From NCBI GenBank assembly GCA_000147015.1, contig CP002161.1:30001-62000 (forward strand): a stretch of 32,000 bases of DNA. The letters are read 5' to 3'. The stretch comes from Candidatus Saccharimonadota bacterium. Its GTDB lineage: Bacteria; Pseudomonadota; Gammaproteobacteria; Burkholderiales; Burkholderiaceae. The position numbers and the translations under genes were made by a program. The notes beneath the pieces were generated by a model that was not told where the DNA came from, made no database searches, and was given only the letters and a program-made list of their open reading frames with translations. Of this stretch, positions 9,108 to 26,652 are shown piece by piece; position 1 is the first letter of the stretch; each line of letters begins with the position of its first letter.

Positions 9108-12100
9108 TTAAAATTTATATTTAATTCTAATAAATTTATTTTTAATTTCATTTTTTAACAAATATAATAATTTATTATTAAATTTTATTTTTTTTTTAAA
9201 AAAATATTTTTTTATTATTTTATTATTTTTAATTTTTATTAAAAATACATTTTTACCCTTTTTATTTATAAATAAATTTAATATATATTTTATTTTTTTT
9301 ATAATTTTTATATTTTTAATATAAATAGAAATGTATAAAATAAATTTTTTTCTAAATTTTGAAATATTAAATATATTTTTTACATTTATTTGAAAAAAAT
9401 TATAATTTTTTTTAATAACTTTTCCTTCTAATAATATTTTTTTTTCTAATCTAATAAAATTTTTATTTTTTTTATATAAATTATTTTTTATTATACAATT
9501 TATGTTATTTTTTTTATTTTCTATATTTATTACAAAATATTCTTTATTATTAATAAATTCTTTTTTAATATTATTTATTATTCCGTAAGTTATTATATTT
9601 TTATTAATAAATTTATTTATATTATAAATTTTAAATTTATTTAATTGTTCAATATCTTTTTTTATATAAAAAAATGGATTTTTAAATAAATAAAATCCTA
9701 AAAAAAACTTTTGTTTTTCTAATATTTTTTTTTTATTTAATATTTTTTTTTTTCATTTTAATATATTTAATTTGTTTTTATTTTTAATTATTAATTTTTT
9801 ATTAAAATCGTTTAAGTTTTTTAATAAAAATTTTATTTTTATTTTTAAAATATTTCTATTTTTATTAAAAATATCTAAAGAACCAGAATATATTAAAGAA
9901 TTTAAAACTCTTTTATTTATTAAATTTTTATTTTTAATAATTCTAAAAATAAAATCATATAAATTTTTAAATATTTTTTTTTTTCTTTTATTTAAAATTA
10001 ATTTTATTGCTATTTTACCTAAACCTTTTATAGCAGATAAACCATATCTTATATAAAAAATATTATTTTTTATAATTGGAATAAATTTGTATTTTGAATA
10101 ATTTATATTAGGTGGTAAAATATTTATTTTAAAATTATTAATTGCATCTTTAATTAAAAATTTTATTTTATTTATATTATTTATAGATAAAGATAAATTT
10201 GCTGATATAAATTCATTAGGAAAATTACTTTTTAAATATGCTGTATAATATGAAATTACAGCATAAGCAGTAGCATGAGATTTATTAAAACCATATCCAG
10301 CAAATTTTTCCATTAAATTAAAAATCTTATTAGCAGTTTTTAAATTAATTTTATTTTTTAATGCTCCTTTAATAAATAATTTTCTATTTTTATGCATTTC
10401 TTTTAAATTTTTTTTACTTATTATTCTTCTTAATAAATCAGCTGATCCCATAGAATAATTTGCTATTATTTTTGCTACTTCCATTACTTGTTCTTGATAA
10501 ATCATTATTCCATAAGTTTCTGATAAAACATTTTTAATTTTTTCATTAAAAAATTTAAATTTATAACCATTTTTTCTTTTATAAAATTTTTTTATTAGTT
10601 TAATTGGACCAGGTCTATATAATGAAATAATTGCTGTAATATCTTCTAAACAATTTATATTTGCTTTTTTTAAAATATTCTGTATACCTATACTTTCTAA
10701 TTGAAATACACCAATTGTATTAGCATTATTTAATAATTTATAAGTTTTTTTATCTTTAAAAGAAATTTTATTTCAACTTATTAATTTAATTTTAGGGTTA
10801 ATTTTTTTTATATTTTTATTTGTTTCGTCTATTATAGTCAAAGTAGCTAAACCTAAAAAATCGAATTTTATTAAACCTAAAAATTCTAAATCTTCTTTAT
10901 CATTTTGTATTGTAATAATATTATCTTTACTATGTTTATATAATGCACAATATTTATTTAAATTATTTTTGCTTATTAATATACCTCCTGCATGAATTCC
11001 TATATTTTTTATTATTCCTTCTATTTGTATAGAAAAAAAAATTAATTTTTTAATAATTTTATTATTTAAAATTTTTTTTTTTAAAAAATAATTATTTTCA
11101 ACTATTTCTTTTAAATTTAAATTATAATATTTTTTATTTGAAATAAGTTTTACAATATTATTACAAAAATTATAACTTAAACCTAATACTCTACCTACAT
11201 CTCTTATAGAACTTTTAGCTGCTATTTTACCAAAAGTAATAATTTGTGAAACATTATTTACACCATATTTTTTTTTTATATATTTTATTATAATATCTCT
11301 TTTTTTTTGACAAAAATCTATATCAAAATCTGGAAATGAAATTCTTTCAGGATTTAAAAATCTTTCAAAAATTAATTTATATTTTATAGGATCTATATCT
11401 GTTATAAATAAACAATATGCTATTAAAGAACTTGCACCAGAACCTCTACCTGGCCCAATATTTATATTTTTTTTTTTTGCTCATTTTATAAAATCATTTA
11501 CCATTAAAAAATAATTAGAAAAATTTGTTTTAGAAATTATTTTTAATTCAAATTTTAATCTTTTTTTATATATTTTTAAATTTTTTTTATTTTTAAGTCT
11601 TTTATTTAAACCTATTTTTGTTTTTATTTTTAATAATTCATTATCATTTATTTTTTTTTTTTTATTATATTTTGGTAGTTTTAAAACTCCTTTGGGTATA
11701 ATTAAATTACACATTTTAGAAATTTTATATGAATTTTTTACTGCAATTAAATTATTAACAAATAATTTATTAATTTCTATTTGTGTTTTAAAATTTTGTT
11801 CTTTATTAAAATGATATTTCGAATTATTTAGTTTTTTTTTTTTATATATATTATATCTTATTTCATGTGCTATAAATTCTTTTTTATAACAAAATTGTAT
11901 TGGATGTGTAGCTACTATTGGAATATTTAATTTATTTCCTATTTTAATTAAATTATAATTAAAAATTTCATTATTTTTAATATTTATATTTTGTATTTCT
12001 ATAAAATATAAATTATTAAAAATTTTTTTTCATTTTTTTGCACAGTTTTCAGCTTTTTTAAATTTTTTTTTATTTATATAAAATAATAAATCACTTGATT

Positions 12101-12503
12101 TATATCCTGATAAAGCAATTAAATTACTATTTTTATTTATTTTTTTTAATCAAGATTTTTTAATTTGTGGTTTTTCATCTTTTAAATTATAAATTCAAGA
12201 TTTGCTTATTAATTTACACAACTGTAAATAACCATTATAATTTTTAGATAAAATTAATAAACGAAATGGTTTTTTTTTATTTATTTTATTTTCTATGAAT
12301 AAATCACAACCTATTATTGGTTTTATTCCATTTTTTATAGATTCTTTATAAAACTTTATTGCTCCAAAAATATTAGATAAATCAGTAATAGCTAATGATT
12401 CTTGTTTATCTTTTTTGGCTAATTTTATTATTTCATTTATTTTAACTAAACTATCAACTATAGAATATTCTGTATGTAATCTTAAATGAGTAAATTTATA
12501 CAT
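9108..12503 (-). CDS. dnaE: DNA polymerase III alpha subunit (1131 codons under table 4)
   Basis: Track ORFs 12195-12503, 11481-11714 and 9753-10505 share one frame and join through TGA codons. N-terminal PHP region FTHLRLHTEYSIVDSL (E. coli FVHLRVHSDYSMIDGL). YGFNKSHATAYAVISYYTAYLKSNFPNEF (E. coli [29 protein letters not shown]). C-terminal ..EKQKFFLGFYLFKNP. (E. coli EKELLGLYLTGHP). Walking the frame by hand gives TAA at 9108-9110. Confidence 0.9.
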
Positions 12504-12525
12504 TTATTTAATAATTTTAAATTTC

Positions 12526-13611
12526 ATGTTTAAAAATAATAAAATAAAAAGTATTTTTTTTTCTAAAAATACTATATTAAATAATAATAAAATACTTAAA
12601 AAATTTATTATTATTTATAGAACTTTTGGTAAATTAAATTTTAATAAAAGTAATATTGTTTTAATATGTCATGCTTTAAATGCTTCTCATAATATAACAA
12701 ATGAAAATTTAAAATTTAAAAAAAAAGGTTGATGATATAATATGATATGATATAATAGATCCTTAGATATTAAAAAATTTTTTATTATAGGAATAAATAA
12801 CTTAGGATCATGTTTTGGTTCTACTGGACCAAATAATATAAATTATATAAAAAAAAAAATTTTTGGTTATAATTTTCCAAAACTTAATATTGAAGATTGA
12901 GTAAAAATTCAAAAAATGTTGTTAAATAAATTAAATTTAAAAAAAATTTCTGTAGTTTTGGGGGGTTCTTTAGGAGGTATGCAGGCTATATGTTGAAGTA
13001 TATTAAATTATAATAGATTAAAATATTGTATAATAGTTGCTACTACTATAAAATTATCTATTAATAATATTATATTTAATAATATATCTAAAAATTCTAT
13101 ATTATATGATACAAACTTTTATAATGGTAATTATTATAAATATAATATAAAACCTAATAAAGGTTTAGGTATTGCTAGAATGTTAGGACATTTTTCATAT
13201 TCTTCTTATTATATTTTTAATAAAAAATTTAATAATTCTTTATTTAATATTAATTATGAAATAGAAAAATATTTTAAATATCAAAGTAAAAAATTTATAA
13301 TGAATTTTGATGCAAATACTTATTTAATAATTACTAATATATTGAATAATATTAATATAATAAATAATAAAAAATTTTATTTTAAAAATGATAAAAATAA
13401 AATTTGTTATTTATTAATATCTTTTACTACTGATATTAGATTTCCCAAAAAAGAAAATTTTAAAATTATAAATAGAAAAATAAAAAATAAAAAAATAATA
13501 AATTTTATAAATATAAAATGTCCAGATGGTCATGATTCTTTTTTATCAAAAAATTTTTTTTATATTTATATAGTAAATATTTTTTTTAAAATAATATTTA
13601 AAAAAATATAA
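12526..13611 (+). CDS. metX: homoserine O-acyltransferase, MetX family
   Basis: ORFs 12526-12732 and 13180-13611 are in one frame, joined via TGA codons (GWW is encoded ggt tga tga at 12727-12735). ..LICHALNASHN..GWWYNMIW..FFIIGINNLGSCFGSTGP..LGGSLGGMQA (nucleophile elbow)..ARMLGH..PDGHDSFL match MetX hallmarks (CHALTG.., GWW, GSTGP, GGSMGGMQ, GHDAFL). Confidence 0.88.
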
Positions 13612-13617
13612 ATTACA

Positions 13618-13701
13618 GGAGAGATGGTCGAGGGGTTAATGGCGGCAGACTGTAAATCTGTTCTCTTTATGAGTACGTTGGTTCAAATCCAGCTCTCTCC
13701 A
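13618..13701 (+). tRNA. tRNA-Tyr (anticodon GTA), long variable arm
   Basis: Acceptor GGAGAGA/TCTCTCC plus A. Anticodon stem GCAGA/TCTGT with loop CTGTAAA (GTA at 13652-13654). Long variable arm, typical of bacterial tRNA-Tyr. T arm GTTGG-TTCAAAT-CCAGC. Confidence 0.9.
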
Positions 13702-13711
13702 TTTAATATTT

Positions 13712-13782
13712 GCGGGTATAGCTTAAAGGCAAAGTAAAAGTTTTCCAAACTTTAGAAAAGGGTTCGATTCCCTTTATCCGCT
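13712..13782 (+). tRNA. tRNA-Gly (anticodon TCC)
   Basis: Acceptor GCGGGTA/TATCCGC. Anticodon stem AAAGT/ACTTT with loop TTTCCAA (TCC at 13744-13746). T arm with GGTTCGATTCC. Confidence 0.88.
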
Positions 13783-13788
13783 AAATAT

Positions 13789-13861
13789 AAGGTAGTAACT
13801 CAATTGGAAGAGTAACGGTCTCCAAAACCGCGAGTTGTGGGTTCAAATCCTACCTACCTTG
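13789..13861 (+). tRNA. tRNA-Trp (anticodon CCA)
   Basis: AAGGTAG TA ACTC AATTGGAA GAGT A ACGGT CTCCAAA ACCGC GAGTT GTGGG TTCAAAT CCTAC CTACCTT G. The D loop and the CGGTCTCCAAAACCG anticodon arm are near-identical to E. coli tRNA-Trp. It has A1-U72 and discriminator G73. The anticodon CCA is at 13822-13824. Confidence 0.9.
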
Positions 13862-13875
13862 TTTTTTATATTAAA

Positions 13876-14046
13876 ATGAAAATTTTAAATTTAATATTTT
13901 TTTATATTTATTTTAAATTTTATAAAATTAAATTTATTAAAATAAAATATATGTTTTTTTTTTTAATTTTTATATTTTTATTTTTATTTTTATTTTTTTT
14001 ATATATTTTTTTAATTAATAATATATTTTATAATTTTTTTTTTTAA
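13876..14046 (+). CDS. hypothetical 56-aa single-TM peptide; candidate for a minimal SecE on position alone
   Basis: ATG 13876 to TAA 14044-14046: MKILNLIFFYIYFKFYKIKFIKIKYMFFFLIFIFLFLFLFFLYIFLINNIFYNFFF. It has a basic segment, one hydrophobic span and a short tail, and sits where secE lies (tRNA-Trp-secE-nusG-rplK) in many proteobacteria. There is no recognisable SecE motif, and T-rich DNA gives Phe-rich ORFs by chance. Confidence 0.25.
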   Translation: MKILNLIFFYIYFKFYKIKFIKIKYMFFFLIFIFLFLFLFFLYIFLINNIFYNFFF

Positions 14047-14047
14047 A

Positions 14048-14479
14048 ATGAAAAAAAAAATTTTAGGAAATATAAAATTACAAATTTTATCTGGAAAAGC
14101 TACTCCTACTCCGCCTATAGGACCAGCATTAGGTCAAAAAGGTTTAAATATAGTTAAATTTTGTAAAGAATTTAATGAAAGAACCAAGAATAAAAAAAAA
14201 AATTTATTATTACCAGTTATAATTACTTATTATTCTGATAAATCATTTGATTTTATTATTAAAACGCCAATAACTTCTACTTTAATAAAAAATATTTTAA
14301 ATATAAAAAAGGGATCTTCAAAACCAAATTTAGAAAAGATTGCTAAAATTAATTTAAAACAAATAAAAGAAATAATAAAAATAAAAAAAAATGATTTAAA
14401 TTCTTATAGTATTAAAAATTCTATTAAAATTATTAAAGGAACTTTAAATTCTATGGGAATATTAATAGAAAAAAAATAA
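14048..14479 (+). CDS. rplK: 50S ribosomal protein L11
   Basis: LQILSGKATPTPPIGPALGQKGLNIVKFCKEFNERT matches the L11 N-terminal domain (..AGKANPSPPVGPALGQ.GVNIM.FCK.FN..T). Conserved rplKAJL order. Confidence 0.95.
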   Translation: MKKKILGNIKLQILSGKATPTPPIGPALGQKGLNIVKFCKEFNERTKNKKKNLLLPVIITYYSDKSFDFIIKTPITSTLIKNILNIKKGSSKPNLEKIAKINLKQIKEIIKIKKNDLNSYSIKNSIKIIKGTLNSMGILIEKK

Positions 14480-15157
14480 ATGGTATATAAAAAAAAATAT
14501 AAAAAAATAATAAAAAAAAACAATAAATATAGTTTAAATAAGATTATATATATTATAAAAAATTATTTTGTATATAATTTTGATCAATCAATAAATATAA
14601 TTATAAAAATTAATTATAATAAAAATAATAATGAAATTATTAAAAATTCAGTATTATTACCATATAATATTAAATCTAATAAAAAAATATTAGTTTTTTG
14701 TAATAAAGAACAAGAAAAAGAAGCTATTTTAGCAAATGTTAACTACTATGGATTAAATAATTTAATAAATAAAATAAAAAAAGAAGGAATTTTTTTTGAT
14801 ATAGCTATTTCAACTTATGAAGTTATAAAAGAAGTAAGTAAAATAGGAAATATTTTAGGTCCCATTGGTTTAATGCCTAATATAAAAACAGGAACTTTAA
14901 CTAAGAATATTTTAAAAACTGTAAAAGAGTTTAAATTAGGGAAAATACAATATAAAAGTGATAAGTATGGAATAATAAATACTTCTATAGCTAAAATTTC
15001 TTTTAAAAATATTTATATTAGAAAAAATATATTAAATTTTATAAATTTTGTAAATAAAAATAAACCTTTAAATTTTAAAAAAAAATTTATTAAAAAAATT
15101 TATTTAAGTTCTACTATGAGTCCTAGTTTTAAAATTAGTTTAAAATATATAAAATAA
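14480..15157 (+). CDS. rplA: 50S ribosomal protein L1
   Basis: ..ILGPIGLMPNIKTGTLT.. matches L1 (LGPRGLMPNPKVGTVT). 225 aa. The ATG follows the rplK TAA with no gap. Confidence 0.9.
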   Translation: MVYKKKYKKIIKKNNKYSLNKIIYIIKNYFVYNFDQSINIIIKINYNKNNNEIIKNSVLLPYNIKSNKKILVFCNKEQEKEAILANVNYYGLNNLINKIKKEGIFFDIAISTYEVIKEVSKIGNILGPIGLMPNIKTGTLTKNILKTVKEFKLGKIQYKSDKYGIINTSIAKISFKNIYIRKNILNFINFVNKNKPLNFKKKFIKKIYLSSTMSPSFKISLKYIK

Positions 15158-15175
15158 TTTTATTAAAATATTATT

Positions 15176-15673
15176 TTGAAAAAAAATAAAGAAAAAAAAA
15201 AAAAAATAATTAAAAAAATAAAAAAAATTATAAAAAAAAATAATAATATTATAATTTCAAAATATAATTTAATTAAAAATAATAAAATTACAATTTTAAG
15301 AAAAGAAGCTAAAAAATTAAATATATTTATAAGAGTATTTAAAAATAATTTATTTATAAAATCAATAATTAATACTAAATTTGAAATAATTAAAAATAAA
15401 ATAAAAAATCAATTAATTTATTCTATTTCTAATAATTTATTAAATAATATAAAATTATTAAGTAATTTTTATATTAATAATAAAAATTTTAAATTAAAAT
15501 ATTGTATATATAAAAATAAAATAATAGAAAAAAAAGATATATTAAGTTTATCTAAAATAAATAATAAAAAAGAAATATTAATAAAATTATTATGAATAAT
15601 AAGTAAATATCCAATTTTAAATTTTTTAAAAATTATTAATTATTTAATTATAAAAAAAAAAAATGAATATTAA
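15176..15673 (+). CDS. rplJ: 50S ribosomal protein L10 (TTG start in the track; one UGA=Trp)
   Basis: ORF 15176-15595 ends at TGA 15593-15595. Read as Trp, the frame continues to TAA 15671-15673, giving 165 aa (E. coli L10 is about 165 aa). It lies between rplA and rplL. The sequence is very low complexity, so the call rests mostly on synteny and length. It overlaps the rplL start by 11 nt. Confidence 0.75.
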
Positions 15674-16034
15674 CGATATAATTAAAGAAATAGAATCTTT
15701 AAATATTATTGAATTAAATAATTTAGTAAAAGAATTTGAAAAAAAATTTAATATTTCTATAAATAATTTTAATAATCAAAATAATAATATTGATAAAAAT
15801 ATTAAAAAAAATATTTTAGAAAAAAATGAATTTTCTGTTTTATTACAAGAAGTAGGAGATAAAAAAATTAGTATAATAAAAATTATAAGAGAAATTACTA
15901 ATTTAGGTTTAAGAGAAGCAAAAGAATTAGTTGATAAAGCTCCAAAAATTATTAAAGAAAAATTAACAAAATTAGAAGCTGAAGAAATAAAAAAAAAATT
16001 AGAAAATGCTGGTGCAAAAGTAATTTTAAATTAA
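15663..16034 (+). CDS. rplL: 50S ribosomal protein L7/L12
   Basis: The C-terminal domain ..[66 protein letters not shown] is a classic L7/L12 sequence. Confidence 0.95.
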   Translation: MNINDIIKEIESLNIIELNNLVKEFEKKFNISINNFNNQNNNIDKNIKKNILEKNEFSVLLQEVGDKKISIIKIIREITNLGLREAKELVDKAPKIIKEKLTKLEAEEIKKKLENAGAKVILN

Positions 16035-19910
<3,876 letters not shown>

Positions 19911-19913
19911 ATA

Positions 19914-23953
<4,040 letters not shown>

Positions 23954-23957
23954 TAAA

Positions 23958-25661
23958 ATGTTTTTAAGAAATAAATTTTGTGGAATAATTAATAAAAAAT
24001 TTATTAATAAAATAAAATATTTGTACGGTTGAATAAATAATATTAGAAAACATGGTAATATTATTTTTTTTGATCTTAGAGATAGAAGTGGTATAATACA
24101 AATTATTATTAAAAAAAAAATAAAATATTTTTATAAAATTATAAAAAAAATAAAAAATGAATATTGTATTGAAATTTTAGGAATAATTTTTAATAGAATA
24201 AATAAAAATATAAATTACAAAATATTTACTGGAGAAATTGAAATTTATATTTTAAACATTAAAATATTAAATAAATGTAAAAAAAAAATAATTAATTTTA
24301 ATAAAAAAAATAATAATGAAAAAAATAAATTAAAAAATAGAATTTTTTATTTAAGAAAAAATAAAATATATAATAATTTTTATATAAAAAATAAAATAAT
24401 TAATATTATAAGAAATTTCTTAAATAAAAATAATTTTATTGAAGTTGAAACTCCTATTTTATCAAAAATAACTTTAGGAGGTTCTAAAGAATTTTTAACA
24501 TTTTCTAAAAATAATAAAAATAAATTTTTTGCTCTTGCTCAATCACCGCAAATTTTTAAACAATTATTAATGATATCTAATTTTGATAGATATTATCAAA
24601 TTGCTAAATGTTTTAGAAATGAAAATTTAAGAAAAGATAGACAACCAGAATTTACTCAAATAGATTGTGAAATGTCTTTTATGAATAAAAAAGAAATTAT
24701 TTTTTTTTTTGAAAAATTAATAAAAAAAATATTTAAAAAAATATTAAATATAAATTTTATAAAACCTTTTAAAATATTAAAATTTAAAAAATCTATAAAA
24801 TATTATGGTACTGATAAACCAGATCTAAGAATAAATTTAAAATTATTATGTTTTAAAAATATTTTTTTTATAAATAATAAATATATAAAAAAAATATTTT
24901 TTATAAAAATATTAAATGGAAGTAGAATGAAAATAAAAGATATTAATTATTATATTAATTATATTAATAAATTTAATATATATTTTTTAATTATTATAAA
25001 AATAAAAAAATACTTTATTTTTAAAAAATATTTTTTAAAAATAAATAAATATATAAATGAAGAATTTTTTTTTAAATTATTAAAAAAAAATAATGTTAAA
25101 ATTAATGATATAATATTAATATTTATTACAAATAAAAAAAAAATATATAAATTTATTAATAAATTAATATTAAAAATAGGATATAGTAATTTTTCTAAAA
25201 AAAATAAAATATTTATAAATAAAATAATACCTTTATGAATTATTAATTTCCCTTTATTTAAAAAAAATAATAATAATATAAAATCTTATCATCATATTTT
25301 TACTTCTCCTTTAAAAAAAAAATTTAATAAAAAAAATATTTTTAAAATATTTTCTAAATCTTATGATTTAGTAATAAATGGAGTAGAAATTGGCGGTGGT
25401 TCAATTAGAATATATAAACACAAATTACAAAATAAAATATTTAAAATTTTAAATATAAATAAAAAAAGTATAAAATCAAAATTTAATTTTTTTTTAAATT
25501 CATTAAAATTATCTACACCTCCTCATGGTGGTATAGCTTTTGGAATAGATAGATTATTATATATAATATTAAATTTAAAATCAATAAGAGAAGTAATAGC
25601 TTTTCCTAAAACTCAAAAATTTAAATGTTTATTAACAAAATGTCCTAACTATATAAAATAG
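23958..25661 (+). CDS. aspS: aspartyl-tRNA synthetase
   Basis: [39 protein letters not shown] (E. coli [27 protein letters not shown]). FALAQSPQIFKQLLMISNFDRYYQIAKCFRNENLRKDRQPEFTQIDCEMSF, GGGSIRI and PPHGGIAFGIDRL. TGA codons (24031-24033, 25236-25238) are read as Trp. TAG stop at 25659-25661. Confidence 0.93.
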
Positions 25662-25671
25662 TAAAAATAAT

Positions 25672-26646
25672 ATGTTTAAAAATATAAAAAATAAAATATT
25701 AAATAATATTAAAGAAATCTATTATTTAAAAGAATTAGAAAAAAAATATAATAATAAAAAAATAATTAAGATAAAATTAGGTTTTGATCCTACAAATTTT
25801 AAAATTCATCTTGGACATTATTTTTTATTAAAAAAAATAAAAAATATAAAAAAAATAAAATTATTTAACATTAATATTATTATAGGTAATTTTACATCTA
25901 TTATTGGAGATCCTACTGGAAAAAAAAAAACTAGATATTTTTTAAAATATAAAAATATAATAAATAATTCTAAAATTTATTTATTACAATTTGGTATTTT
26001 TTTAAATATTTCAAAAATAAATATATATTATAATTCAAAATGAAATATTTTATTTAAAATAAAATATTTTATAAATTTATTATCTAAATTTACTTTAAAT
26101 AAAATAATAGAAAGAAAAAATTTTATGAAAAGAATAAAAAATAAAAAACCTATTTACTTACATGAAATTATTTATTCTATAATTCAGGCTTATGATTCTG
26201 TAATATTAGATTCAGATTTAGAAATTGGAGGTATAGATCAAAAATTTAATTTATTTTTTAGTAGAAAATTACAAAAAAAAATAAATAAAAAAAAACAAAG
26301 TATATTAATGTTTCCTTTTATTAAATCTTTAAATTTTAAAAAAAAAATGTCTAAATCTAATAAAAAAAATAATATTAATATAAATGATAATTATAATATT
26401 ATTTTTTTAAAATTAATGAATATTTCTGATAATATCATGTTTCATTATTATAATTTACTATTATCTTATAAAAAAAAAAAAATATTTTTTTTAAAAAAAA
26501 TAAAATCAGGTAAATATTTTAAAAATATGAAAATAAAATTATCATTAAAAATAATAAAAAAAATTTATAATAAATTTTTTTCTTTAAAATCCTTAAAAAA
26601 ATTTATAAATATATTATATAATAAAAATAATAATTATAAAAAATAA
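25672..26646 (+). CDS. tyrS: tyrosyl-tRNA synthetase, short form (324 aa)
   Basis: ORFs 25672-26043 and 26125-26646 are in one frame via TGA 26041-26043. GFDPTNFKIHLGHY (HIGH-type motif; E. coli GFDPTADSLHLGH), IIGDPTGK, IQAYDS..LEIGGIDQ, and KMSKS at 26344-26358. TAA at 26644-26646. Confidence 0.88.
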
Positions 26647-26652
26647 ATATAT

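Noticed and set aside
9772-10056. A plus-strand 94-aa Phe/Leu/Lys-rich ORF.
   Set aside because: It is antisense to dnaE. Its composition simply mirrors the Lys/Asn/Ile-rich sense strand.
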